A stretch of DNA of 64,000 nt. Source: an uncultured Nitrospiraceae bacterium. GTDB lineage: Bacteria > Hydrogenedentota > Hydrogenedentia > Hydrogenedentales > SLHB01. The translations under genes were made by a program, and so were the position numbers. The DNA lies in contig CAYOCT010000003.1 of assembly GCA_964402555.1 (NCBI GenBank), forward strand, positions 125,146-189,145. Direction: 5' to 3'. Below the pieces are notes generated by a model. The model saw nothing but the letters and a program-made list of their open reading frames with translations, was not told where the DNA came from and made no database searches. How positions within the stretch are numbered: position 1 is the stretch's first letter; every line of letters starts with the position of its first letter. Below are positions 41,967 to 50,914 of this stretch, one piece after another.

Positions 41967-42011
41967 GGAGTGCGGCGATGCTTCGCCGCTTTGGCTGCGG
42001 CCGGTACAGTG
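41967..42011 (+). repeat. REP element (hairpin GCGGCGAtgctTCGCCGC) immediately 5' of the RAYT gene
   Basis: Perfect 7-bp-arm hairpin followed by TTTGGCTGCGGCCGGTACAGTG. A near-identical copy lies at 42719-42765 on the other side of the RAYT gene. Confidence 0.7.
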
Positions 42012-42015
42012 ATCC

Positions 42016-42591
42016 ATGGGCAATGCTGACAACTTGAATGTCGTGCCATGGCCGCATGCGCCGACACACCAATTGTCGGACGCCGGAACCTATTTCGTGA
42101 CCTCCGGCGCCTATCGTAAAGATCACTTCTTTCGCGGCGGTAAACGCCTTTCGGTGCTACAACGTGGGCTTCTTAAGCTCGCTGCCCGTTTCGGATGGCG
42201 GGTCGAAGCGTGGGCCGTCTTTTCGAATCACATCCACTTCGTAGCGCATTCACCAGAGGACGGAGCGGAAAGCCTAAGGGAACTTCTCACTATCCTTCAC
42301 CGAGAGACAGCGATTTGGGTCAACAAACTCGACAAGTCCCCGGCCCGCAAGGTATGGCACAACTTTCGTGAGACTCGCCTGACCTTCGAGAAGTCCTACC
42401 TGGCCCGTCTCAACTACGTCCATCAGAATCCGGTCAGGCATGGCCTCGTGCCGATTGCTTCACGATACCCCTGGTGTTCCGCGACATGGTTTGAACAGGT
42501 GGCCACTCCGGCCCAGGTACGAACGATTTACAGTTTCAAGACCGACTCGCTCACGGTCTATGACGAATACGATGTCTGCGACGAATGGTAG
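42016..42591 (+). CDS. REP-associated tyrosine transposase (RAYT; IS200/IS605 TnpA-like, Y1 HUH family)
   Basis: 191 aa with an HxH motif (FSNHIHFVAH) and a distal catalytic Tyr region (…SYLARLNYVHQNPVRHGLV…). Flanked on both sides by REP hairpins. Confidence 0.75.
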   Translation: MGNADNLNVVPWPHAPTHQLSDAGTYFVTSGAYRKDHFFRGGKRLSVLQRGLLKLAARFGWRVEAWAVFSNHIHFVAHSPEDGAESLRELLTILHRETAIWVNKLDKSPARKVWHNFRETRLTFEKSYLARLNYVHQNPVRHGLVPIASRYPWCSATWFEQVATPAQVRTIYSFKTDSLTVYDEYDVCDEW

Positions 42592-42600
42592 TAGCAGGAA

Positions 42601-42765
42601 CCGCTGCGATGATTCGCCGTTTGGCTGGGTTGTTCAGGCGTCGCTACGAGCTTTCATCCAAAGCGCCGAACAGACGGCGCACTCCATAGAACGCGCTCTC
42701 GATGGCGTGTTGACCCTTTGGAGTGCGGCGATGCTTCGCCGCTTTGGCTGCGGCCGATACAGTGC
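42601..42765 (+). repeat. two adjacent REP-type elements 3' of the RAYT gene (a ~110-bp composite element plus the REP hairpin copy)
   Basis: 42601-42709 is about 90% identical to 60031-60150 (…GGCTGGGTTGTTCAGGCGyCGCTACGA…CATCCAAAGCGCCGAACAGACGGCGCAyTCCATAGArCGCG…). 42719-42765 repeats the REP at 41967. Confidence 0.7.
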
Positions 42766-42801
42766 TTCATGAATAGCGCGGACGGTTCGCATGGTACTCG
42801 A

Positions 42802-43950
42802 TTACTCCGCTTGGACCGTTCGTTTAAGCCATCCGTCAGGATTGCAGACATGGACTTCCAGATTGGAGTAGGTCTTGACGTAGCCGTCGACGCTCAGCGG
42901 GCCGACTACGTAGTTGCTGCCGTTCGGGTAGTATGAACGGAACACAGCCAATCCCGCTGGATCGAACTGGCGGGGATCCCATTTGCACTCGATGACGTCC
43001 ACGTGGTCACGGTTGCGTGCGATGACGAAGTCCACCTCGTGCCCGGAGGCGTCGCGCCAGTATTGAACTTGCCATTCATGGCCGTGCGCCAGCAGGTACT
43101 CCAGCACGAGATGTTCCCAGAGCGTGCCGTAATCCGAAGGGCGCAACGGATCCCAACCTCGGCTGAAACTGACGAATCCTGTATCGAACGCATAGGCCTT
43201 GGGCATCTTCACGATCTCGCCTTGCCCGCCGCCGTGGAATGGACGCACGACCGTAAGGGCATGGGTTGCCTCCAGCGCGCGGACATGGCTGTCGACGGTC
43301 TGGCGGCTGATACCAAGCGCGCGCGCCACGCCGGAAACCGCCAAAAGACCCCCGCTCTGTTTCATCATATACTCAAACAGCGAACTGAACTTGTCCGGAT
43401 CGCGAAAGGCGAAGAGCCGCTGCATGTCCCGGGCGTAGAACGAGTCCATCCATTCCCGGTAGAAGCTGGGGGATTTCTCTTCCGCCAGCAACGCATCGGG
43501 AAGCCCCCCGTGATAGAGCCGTTTCAGCAGGGATTGGTCGAATGCGCCAAGCTCGTCCCAGAGTACCGGCGTCAGACGGACGAGCCGTTTCCGCCCCGCC
43601 AACGTATCCCGGAACTTTCGCGATGCGGCCAGCGTCGAAGAACCGGTCGCCAGAATCCTCAAGTGCGGGAAGACGTCGGCTCCTATCTTCAACAGCCGGC
43701 TCGGGTCCGGAAGCTGGTGAATCTCATCGAACACCACGATGGGCCGTTCGACGTTTCGAAAGAACAGCTCCGGGTCGGCGGTCATCTCCGCGACCACGGG
43801 CAGGTCGCAGTTGACATAATGGACGCGCTCATCGCCAAGGCTTCGCGCTAGCGTCGTCTTTCCAACGCGCCGCACCCCTGCGAGCCACACGATCGGCGCG
43901 TTCGCCCACGCGCTGTGAATTCGATCAATCCAGAATGGCCGTTCAATCAT
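42802..43950 (-). CDS. AAA+ ATPase with C-terminal DUF4143 (second, divergent paralog)
   Basis: Walker A GVRRVGKTT, Walker B VVFDEIHQ. Same architecture as the 8997 gene. Confidence 0.7.
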   Translation of the reverse strand: MIERPFWIDRIHSAWANAPIVWLAGVRRVGKTTLARSLGDERVHYVNCDLPVVAEMTADPELFFRNVERPIVVFDEIHQLPDPSRLLKIGADVFPHLRILATGSSTLAASRKFRDTLAGRKRLVRLTPVLWDELGAFDQSLLKRLYHGGLPDALLAEEKSPSFYREWMDSFYARDMQRLFAFRDPDKFSSLFEYMMKQSGGLLAVSGVARALGISRQTVDSHVRALEATHALTVVRPFHGGGQGEIVKMPKAYAFDTGFVSFSRGWDPLRPSDYGTLWEHLVLEYLLAHGHEWQVQYWRDASGHEVDFVIARNRDHVDVIECKWDPRQFDPAGLAVFRSYYPNGSNYVVGPLSVDGYVKTYSNLEVHVCNPDGWLKRTVQAE

Positions 43951-44135
43951 GATAATATACTTATCAAATTATCAGCAAATTTGTCAAGTACGATTATGCA
44001 CGGGATCTCGCTTTGGCCTTGCGAAACTGGGCACACTATTGCTGACGTCAGCATGGAAACGCTGCGATTGATGCTGCGTAAGAACAAACGGCGGATTCCG
44101 CTACGGAACCCGCCGAAGTATTCTATTTGAAACGA

Positions 44136-47100
44136 CTATGGGCGATGCCGCGCAACGGCGCGAGCGCCGATCGCGCCGGCCAGCATCATCGCCGCGATCA
44201 GGGCCGCCAGCCCTCCTGCCGGCAGCGCCGGCCCGACCATGAACGGCGCGCCAGGCCCGACGCCGGGAGCCAGGTGGCCTTCCGAGTCGGAAGCGGTCGC
44301 GGGCTGGATTCCGACGCTGATGTTGCCTTCACCGGCGATCGCTTCGATGCTGATCACATAGGTATTCGCGTCGATCATGGTGACGGCCGGAACACCCGTG
44401 GCGGTGCCGGTGGCGTTCAGGATCACATCGGAAGCATCAAGCGTCACGGTCTCGGCGCCCGTATACGTGACCAGGTACGTGACGGGGCCTGAGGTCGTGT
44501 AGTACGCCGAAGGCGGGCTGAGGCTGACCACCGGACCGGTAGATACAATCGTAAATACCTCGCCGCCGGTGAATGTACCATTGCCCGGGCTGAACCCTCC
44601 GAGGACATGGCCGCTGAAATCGAGAATCGAATCGTTGTCGATGACATCGAGCCGGATCGTGCCTTCCCCTGTGCCTCGATCGACGTTAACGATGAAGCTG
44701 TGGAGGCCGCCCGACACGCTCGCGACAAAGGCGCCGCTGACGTCGCCGGTGGTCGTGAGCGCGAAATCCGAATACGGCCACGACGTATCCACGCCGAAAA
44801 CATTGTCGGTAAATGTAACGAGGAACGTCACATAGGGCGCGTTGGTCGGGCTGGCGCCGAGCCGCGTTACGGAGGCGACCATGGGCGGTACGAACAGGCC
44901 CCAGAGTTCGCGGCCGTGAATGTACTCGGCCGCGCTGAAGTACAGACGGCCACCCGCCGCAGCCAGGTTGCGCGGCGCGGAACCCGCCGGACCGGCGTTG
45001 ATGTCCGTTACCAGCGCAGTGCCTTCCTCCGTATTGTTGGTCTGCCACAGCTCGGTGCCGTGCGCGCCGTCATCGGCGGCGAAGTACACGAGTCCGCCGA
45101 GAGTCGCGAGGTTCCGGGGCGCCGAACTGCCTGGGCCGGCGTTGATGTCTTTCAGCAACAGGGTCCCGTAGGTGGTGCCGTTGGTGTGCCACAGTTCGCG
45201 GCCGCTGACGCCGTCGTTGGCCGCGAAGTAGATGGTTCCGTCGATACTCAACAGCCCTTCGGGCGCCCCGGAATTCGATCCCGGCCAGATATCCTTGACC
45301 ATGACGGTGCCATAATCCGTGCCGTCGCTTTTCCAAAGCTCGATGCCGTGCACGCCGTCATTCGCGGCGAAATACGGCTTGCCGTTGCGTTCGACCATGC
45401 CTTGGGGCGACGAGTCCGCCGGCCCGGGGTTGATGTCCATCACGAGAACCGTGCCTGGGGTCGTGCCGTCCGTGCGCCAGAGTTCGACGCCGTGGGTCGT
45501 GTCGCGCGCGGAGAAGAAGACCATCCCGTTCGCCAAGGTGAACAACTGCGGCAGGGAATCCCCGGCGCCCGTGTAGATGTCTCTCAGCATGAACGTGCCC
45601 GCGTCGGTGCCGTCGCTTCTCCAGGGCTCGATACCGTTCGTACGATCGTTGGCCGCGAAGTACAGGACGCCGCCGCACGAGGCCAGCAACTGCGGACTCG
45701 ACGACTGCCCGGCGGCCGGAGCGATGTCCTTGACCAGCACCGTGCCCTCCGGAGTGCCGTCGCTCTTCCAGAGTTCGTAGCCCGCGTTCGTGTCGTAGGC
45801 GCTGAAGAAGAGCTGATTGCCCACCACCGTCAGATAGGTCGGGAACGAATCGCTGGTCCCGGGCCGGATGTCCTTGACCAGCACGGTGCCGCTCTGCGTG
45901 CCGTCGCTCTTCCAAAGCTCCGCGCCTCGCGTGCCGTCGTTCGCGGTGAGATATAGCACGCTGTTCATGACGACCAGATAGTTCGCGTTCGAACTGCTGG
46001 AGCCGGGATAGATGTCCTTGACCATCGTGGTGCCGCCGGCCGTGCCGTCGCTTCGCCACAACTCGACCCCGTGAACGCCGTCGTTCGCGCTGAACATCAG
46101 AATTCCGTTCAGGTCGGTCAAAGACTGCGGCAAGGAATCCGAGGTCTCCGGACGGATGTCCGACACGAGGACCGTTCCGCCCGCCGTGCCGTCCGTGCGC
46201 CACAGTTCGATTCCGTGGGATCCATCGTTCGCGCTGAAATACATGACCCCGTTCATCGGGGTAAACTGGCGGGGAAGCGAATTGCCGGAGCCCGGCAGGA
46301 TGTCGCGGACCTGCGCCGTCCCTGCGGCGGTGCCGTCGCTCTTCCAAAGTTCCGTGCCCGCGGCGCCCGTGCTTGCGCTGAAGTAAAGTTCCGAACCAAG
46401 TGCCTCGATGCCTTGCGGATCGCCGTTGGCGGTGCCCGGATCGATATCGTACACGAGCGCCGTCCCTTCGGCGGTGCCGTCGCTCTTCCACAACTCGTAC
46501 CCGGTGATGCCGTCCGTGGCATTGAAATACACGGCCCCGCCGATCACCGCTAGATCGGACGGATTGGAATCGGGCACGCCCGCGTTAATATCCGCGACAA
46601 GGACCGTGCCCTCTGCGGTGCCGTCGCTCTTCCAGAGTTCGACGCCCTCGGTGGCATTCAGCGCGGCGAAGTACAAATTCGCTCCGGCCACAACGAAGTA
46701 CTGCGCGTCGGAGCTCTCGCTGCCTTCATTAATATCCTTGACCATCGCCGTACCGGCGTCGGTGCCGTCGCTCGTCCAGAGTTCGTAGCCGTGCGCGCCA
46801 TCGTCGGCTTTGAAGTAGGCCTTGCCGTTGAGCTCGGTGAGGTACTGCGGATACGAGGACGCCGTCGGATGAATGTCTTTGACCATCGTTGTACCGGCCT
46901 CAGTGCCGTCCGTCTTCCAGAGCTCGAAGCCGTGCGTGCCGTCGTTGGCCACGAAGTACAACACGCCGCCAATCACGGTCAGCGAACGCGGGGACGACGA
47001 AATAGGACCCGGATTGATGTCTTTCACGAGCGCCGTGCCCGCATTGGTGCCATCGCTCTTCCAGAGTTCGTAGCCATGAACCCCGTCCGTGGCCATGAAG

Positions 47101-47648
47101 AACACAAGGCCGTTATACGCTTCCAGGTTCTGCGGGAAGGACCCGGTGCTTCCGGGAGCGATGTCGCTGACTTGCATGGTGCCTTCAGGGGTTCCGTCGG
47201 TCTTCCACAATTCCTGGCCGCCCACCGCGTCGATAGCCCTGAAGTACATTGTGGATCCCACCACCGTGAATTCCCACGGCTCCGATCCGTTAACGCCGGG
47301 ATTGATGTCTTTCACGAGTTGCGTGCCAAGCGCGGAACCGTCAGAGCGCCATAGCTCTGTTCCGGTGATGCCGTCCGTCGCGCTAAAAAGGAGGAAGCCG
47401 TTCATCAATGTCATCAACTGCGGATTGGCCGGCGCGGGCGCGGCGGCGCCGGAGTTGATGTCCTTAACGATGTCCGCCGCGGTGATTGCTCCACCAACCG
47501 ATGGGAGCAGCGTCAACAGGAGCACACATGCCGCCACGGCGCCACGCCGCAGGCGAAGTTCCTTCTTGCCAGACCATACCGGGATCTCGCCATGCCGCTC
47601 TCGCGCGCTCGTGACCGACTTCATCATTCGAACTCCTGTGCTGACCAT
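44136..47648 (-). CDS. ELWxxDGT-repeat protein (about 20 repeats) with signal peptide and C-terminal sorting-signal-like tail
   Basis: Repeats of the form …ELW(K/R)(S/T)DGTxxGTxLVKDIxPG… of about 50 aa, throughout. N-terminal signal (AVAACVLLLTLLPSVGGA). C-terminus GPALPAGGLAALIAAMMLAGAIGARAVARHRP. The exact start (47648 or the Met at 47627) is uncertain. Confidence 0.85.
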   Translation of the reverse strand: MVSTGVRMMKSVTSARERHGEIPVWSGKKELRLRRGAVAACVLLLTLLPSVGGAITAADIVKDINSGAAAPAPANPQLMTLMNGFLLFSATDGITGTELWRSDGSALGTQLVKDINPGVNGSEPWEFTVVGSTMYFRAIDAVGGQELWKTDGTPEGTMQVSDIAPGSTGSFPQNLEAYNGLVFFMATDGVHGYELWKSDGTNAGTALVKDINPGPISSSPRSLTVIGGVLYFVANDGTHGFELWKTDGTEAGTTMVKDIHPTASSYPQYLTELNGKAYFKADDGAHGYELWTSDGTDAGTAMVKDINEGSESSDAQYFVVAGANLYFAALNATEGVELWKSDGTAEGTVLVADINAGVPDSNPSDLAVIGGAVYFNATDGITGYELWKSDGTAEGTALVYDIDPGTANGDPQGIEALGSELYFSASTGAAGTELWKSDGTAAGTAQVRDILPGSGNSLPRQFTPMNGVMYFSANDGSHGIELWRTDGTAGGTVLVSDIRPETSDSLPQSLTDLNGILMFSANDGVHGVELWRSDGTAGGTTMVKDIYPGSSSSNANYLVVMNSVLYLTANDGTRGAELWKSDGTQSGTVLVKDIRPGTSDSFPTYLTVVGNQLFFSAYDTNAGYELWKSDGTPEGTVLVKDIAPAAGQSSSPQLLASCGGVLYFAANDRTNGIEPWRSDGTDAGTFMLRDIYTGAGDSLPQLFTLANGMVFFSARDTTHGVELWRTDGTTPGTVLVMDINPGPADSSPQGMVERNGKPYFAANDGVHGIELWKSDGTDYGTVMVKDIWPGSNSGAPEGLLSIDGTIYFAANDGVSGRELWHTNGTTYGTLLLKDINAGPGSSAPRNLATLGGLVYFAADDGAHGTELWQTNNTEEGTALVTDINAGPAGSAPRNLAAAGGRLYFSAAEYIHGRELWGLFVPPMVASVTRLGASPTNAPYVTFLVTFTDNVFGVDTSWPYSDFALTTTGDVSGAFVASVSGGLHSFIVNVDRGTGEGTIRLDVIDNDSILDFSGHVLGGFSPGNGTFTGGEVFTIVSTGPVVSLSPPSAYYTTSGPVTYLVTYTGAETVTLDASDVILNATGTATGVPAVTMIDANTYVISIEAIAGEGNISVGIQPATASDSEGHLAPGVGPGAPFMVGPALPAGGLAALIAAMMLAGAIGARAVARHRP

Positions 47649-47941
47649 GTAAATGCCCTCTAGTCATGACGCAACAGCTCACCCCCTGGCCGCCGGTGAG
47701 ATGAGACCACAATGAAAAATGTCAACATATTATATCACCTAATACAAAAAATGTCGACAAGATTCTAAGTTCAACACAACACATTGCTATATAATCACTT
47801 AGTATCTTCGACCCGCTCTTGCCCAAGCGGTAATTTCACGAATAGCAATGAAGAAGATCCAGATATATAGAGGACAGAATTAGGAATGGTGCGAATACGG
47901 GATTTTTCGATACTCTTGCCGCACGACAAGGAGCCGAAACC

Positions 47942-49057
47942 TTAGTCCACCAATTGAAGGCCGATCTCGTTGTTCATCTCGAAGCCCAACGCAGTAGGAC
48001 GAATCGCCAGCCCATCGTCCTCGATGAGACCGCGGGCGGCGAGCGTGGCGAGGTCAGTTCCGAAGTCCGAGAGGAGTGCTGTGCCGAAACGCCGCGCGTA
48101 AGCCGAATGGCGAATGCCGTCCCGAAGGCGCAGATGCTGGATCACGGTCTCGACGCGAATCTCGCGCGGGCTTAAGCGCAACGCTTCCATCTTGCCGCCG
48201 GGATCGCGAAGGTACGCTTCAAGCGCGGCGTGGTTGCGCGCGCGCACGCCGTCGAGAAACGAGTAGGCCGCGGGACCAAGTCCCGCGTAGGCTTCGTTGT
48301 GCCAGTAGATCAAATTGTGCCGGCACGTGTAACTGGGCCGCGCGAAGTTCGAGATCTCGTAGCGTGTGAAACCCTCGAGCAGCGCGTCCGCCCGTCGATA
48401 GAGCGCAAGCCACGTGGCCTCGTCCACGGCCTCGCCCGCGCGATCGCCGAAGGGAGTTCCTGACTCATAGGTTAATCCATAGGTGGAGATATGCGTAGGT
48501 TGATAATCCTGCGCCTCGATCAACGTTGCGTCCCAGGCATGGACCGGCATTGCGCCGAAGATCAGGTCCATGCTCCAATTGTCGAAACGTTCTGCGATAC
48601 ACGCGCACGCGCGGCGGGCGGTGTCGGCATCGTGGCGCCGGCCGAGATAGCGAAGCGCGCCGTCGTCGAAGCTCTGCACACCGAGACTCACGCGGTCGAT
48701 CCCGAGCGCGCGCCACGCTTGCGCCAGAGGCGCGGTAACGTCGTCGGGATTGGCCTCGATCGTCTTTTCGGCTCCTTCGAGATCGAAGCGCGCATGCAGG
48801 GCATCGAGGATGCGTTCGAGTTGCCTCGCTTCGAGGAGCGAGGGCGTCCCGCCTCCGAAGAACACGGTTCCGGCCTCGCGCGGCCCCTCGAACGCCGCGA
48901 TCTCGTTGCAGACCGCTGCGACGAAGGCCTCAGGCGGCGCTTCGGGCACGGCCTGGCTTACAAAATCGCAGTAAGGACAGCGCGTCCTGCAAAAGGGAAT
49001 GTGAAGGTACACGCCGAGGCGATTTTGGATTTTGGATTTTGGATTTTGGATTGACAT
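47942..49057 (-). CDS. hemW: radical SAM heme chaperone / coproporphyrinogen-III-oxidase-like HemW(HemN) family protein
   Basis: CxxxCxxC radical-SAM motif in LHIPFCRTRCPYCDF, then a HemN-like core. N-terminal codons 3-12 (SIQNPKSKIQN) are encoded by a (CCAAAAT)4 heptamer tract at 49021-49052. An alternative TTG start is at 49087. Confidence 0.8.
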   Translation of the reverse strand: MSIQNPKSKIQNRLGVYLHIPFCRTRCPYCDFVSQAVPEAPPEAFVAAVCNEIAAFEGPREAGTVFFGGGTPSLLEARQLERILDALHARFDLEGAEKTIEANPDDVTAPLAQAWRALGIDRVSLGVQSFDDGALRYLGRRHDADTARRACACIAERFDNWSMDLIFGAMPVHAWDATLIEAQDYQPTHISTYGLTYESGTPFGDRAGEAVDEATWLALYRRADALLEGFTRYEISNFARPSYTCRHNLIYWHNEAYAGLGPAAYSFLDGVRARNHAALEAYLRDPGGKMEALRLSPREIRVETVIQHLRLRDGIRHSAYARRFGTALLSDFGTDLATLAARGLIEDDGLAIRPTALGFEMNNEIGLQLVD

Positions 49058-49149
49058 CGGGTCTATCCGGTCGCGCTGCCGAGACAACGGCGTAGTTCTA
49101 CATAAGCAGGAGAAGCTAAAAATAGAGCAACTGGCAGAAGCGAGAAGAG

Positions 49150-49220
49150 CGAGCGAAAAACGGGGACTGACTCGCTTTTCGTCGGTTTGAAAAGCGTGTC
49201 TGTCCCCGCTTTTCGCGGCG
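49150..49220. terminator. repeated hairpin element between the cimA 3' end and the hemW 5' end; likely intrinsic terminator
   Basis: GCGAAAAACGGGGACTGACTCGCTTTTCG…AAAAGCGTGTCTGTCCCCGCTTTTCGC has stem-loops followed by T-runs. A related copy in inverse orientation is at 55985-56050. Confidence 0.4.
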
Positions 49221-49261
49221 TTTCGCCGCAGAATACGATACCGTCAGAACGATTCAGTTTG

Positions 49262-50848
49262 CTACGCGCGGATGCCGCGGACGCGCAAGAGCTTGTACTC
49301 GATGCTGTCGACGAGCGCCTTATACGAAGCGGAGATGATGTTCTCGGACACGCCGACGGTGCTCCAGGATTCCTCGAGGTCGCTCGACTCGATCACGACG
49401 CGGGTCTTGGCTCCGGTCGCGGCCCGGGCGTCGACGATGCGGACCTTGTAGTCTTCCAGGTGCACGTCGCGCAGCTCGGGATACACCGCTTCGAGCGCTT
49501 TGCGTAGCGCGTTATTCAACGCGTCGACCGGACCGTGGCCTTCGGCGACGGTATGCTTGGGCGCGCCATCGGGCATGGTCAGCAGGATCGTCACGACCGA
49601 AACGGCGGACGGCGCGGACGGCTGCTGGATGACCGTGACGTGGAATCCGTCGAGATTGAAGAACACGGGGAACTCGCCTTTGGCGCGGCGGAGGAGGAGT
49701 TCGAGCGAGGCGTCGGCCCCTTCGAATTCGTAGCCCTGCCGTTCGAGTTCCTTGACTTGTTCGAGAATGCGTTTCGTCTCGGGGCTGTCCGGATCGAGAA
49801 CGACGCCGAGTTCGGCGGCCTTGTGCAGCAAGCTCGCGCGGCCCGCCATTTCGCTGACGGTGATCCGCGTCCGGTTGCCGACGAGGTCGGGGTCGCAGTG
49901 CTCGTAGCTCGTCTTCTGTTTCTTAACCGCGTCGGCGTGCATGCCGGCCTTGTGCGTGAACGCGTCGCGGCCGACGTAGGGATCGGAGTCGCGCGGCGGC
50001 ATATTCGCAAGTTCGGACACGAGGTGCGAGACGTGGGTCAGGCTCGCGAGTTGGTCGGGGCGCAACACGGGGATGCCCATCTTAAGCTGCAAATCGGGGA
50101 TGATGGTGCAGAGGTTCGCGTTGCCCGTACGCTCGCCGAATCCGTTGATCGTGCCCTGCACCTGAACCGCGCCGGCGGCCACGGCCACCAGGCTGTTAGC
50201 GACGGCGCACCCGGAATCGTTGTGCACGTGAATGCCGATCTGCGCGCCCGGGATGCGTTCGCGGACGGCTAGCGTCGCGGTGCGGATCTCGTCGGGCAGG
50301 CGGCCGCCGTTCGTGTCGCACAAGACCAGGACTTCCGCCCCGGCGCGCGCGGCATGTTCGAGGGCCGTGAGCGCGTACTCCGCGTCCTCGGCATAGGCGT
50401 CGAAGAAATGCTCGGCGTCGAGAAATACGCGGCGGCCTTGCGCGCGAAGAAACGAGACGGATTCGTCGATGATGACGAGGTTGTTGTCGAGCGAGGTGCG
50501 CAGGACCTGGGCAACGTGGCGCGGCGAGGTCTTGGCGAAGATGGTGACCACGTCGGTGTTCGCGGCGACCAGGCCCTTGAGATTGGCGTCGTCTTCGACG
50601 GCCGACTTCGTATGCCGCGTGCTGCCGAACGCGACAACCGTAGCGCTGGCCAGTTCGAAGTCGCGCACGCGGACGAAGAACTCGGCGGCCTTGGGATTCG
50701 AGCTAGGTTGGCCGCCCTCGATATAGCGCACGCCGAGGCCGTCGAGCGCGCGCACCACGCGCAACTGGTCCTCGGACGAGAACTTGATGCCGGGACCTTG
50801 GGCGCCGTCGCGCAAGGTCACGTCATAGATATCGACGAGCGATGACAC
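49262..50848 (-). CDS. cimA: (R)-citramalate synthase / 2-isopropylmalate-synthase family (LeuA/CimA)
   Basis: N-terminus (V)SSLVDIYDVTLRDGAQG matches the HMGL-like DRE-TIM start. Approximately 528 aa with the C-terminal LeuA-dimer regulatory domain typical of CimA. GTG start with a GGAG RBS; the ORF extends to 50908. Confidence 0.75.
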   Translation of the reverse strand: MSSLVDIYDVTLRDGAQGPGIKFSSEDQLRVVRALDGLGVRYIEGGQPSSNPKAAEFFVRVRDFELASATVVAFGSTRHTKSAVEDDANLKGLVAANTDVVTIFAKTSPRHVAQVLRTSLDNNLVIIDESVSFLRAQGRRVFLDAEHFFDAYAEDAEYALTALEHAARAGAEVLVLCDTNGGRLPDEIRTATLAVRERIPGAQIGIHVHNDSGCAVANSLVAVAAGAVQVQGTINGFGERTGNANLCTIIPDLQLKMGIPVLRPDQLASLTHVSHLVSELANMPPRDSDPYVGRDAFTHKAGMHADAVKKQKTSYEHCDPDLVGNRTRITVSEMAGRASLLHKAAELGVVLDPDSPETKRILEQVKELERQGYEFEGADASLELLLRRAKGEFPVFFNLDGFHVTVIQQPSAPSAVSVVTILLTMPDGAPKHTVAEGHGPVDALNNALRKALEAVYPELRDVHLEDYKVRIVDARAATGAKTRVVIESSDLEESWSTVGVSENIISASYKALVDSIEYKLLRVRGIRA

Positions 50849-50914
50849 GTGTTCCAGCTCCTGATCTCCAAATGCCGAAGAGAGGCGTCTGCCGTTCGAG
50901 AACGGCAATCTACA

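Noticed and set aside
36306-42032. Three very long minus-strand ORFs (36306-38684, 38691-39929, 39933-42032) antisense to the giant gene
   Set aside because: High-GC, repeat-rich sequence gives long stop-free antisense frames. Their translations are Arg/Ala-rich low complexity with no domains, while the plus-strand frame has a coherent domain architecture, RBS and lipoprotein signal.
44607-46491. ORFs 44607-45956(+) and 45358-46491(-) inside the ELWxxDGT gene
   Set aside because: Alternative frames of a highly repetitive high-GC gene. Only the 44136-47648 frame yields the ELWxxDGT repeats and a signal peptide.
47649-47941. AT-rich 290-bp spacer between hemW and the ELWxxDGT gene as a possible mobile-element scar
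   Set aside because: It contains a plausible minus-strand promoter (TCGACA-18-TATAAT, ~47729-47758) for the ELWxxDGT gene and nothing transposase-like. Treated as an ordinary promoter region.
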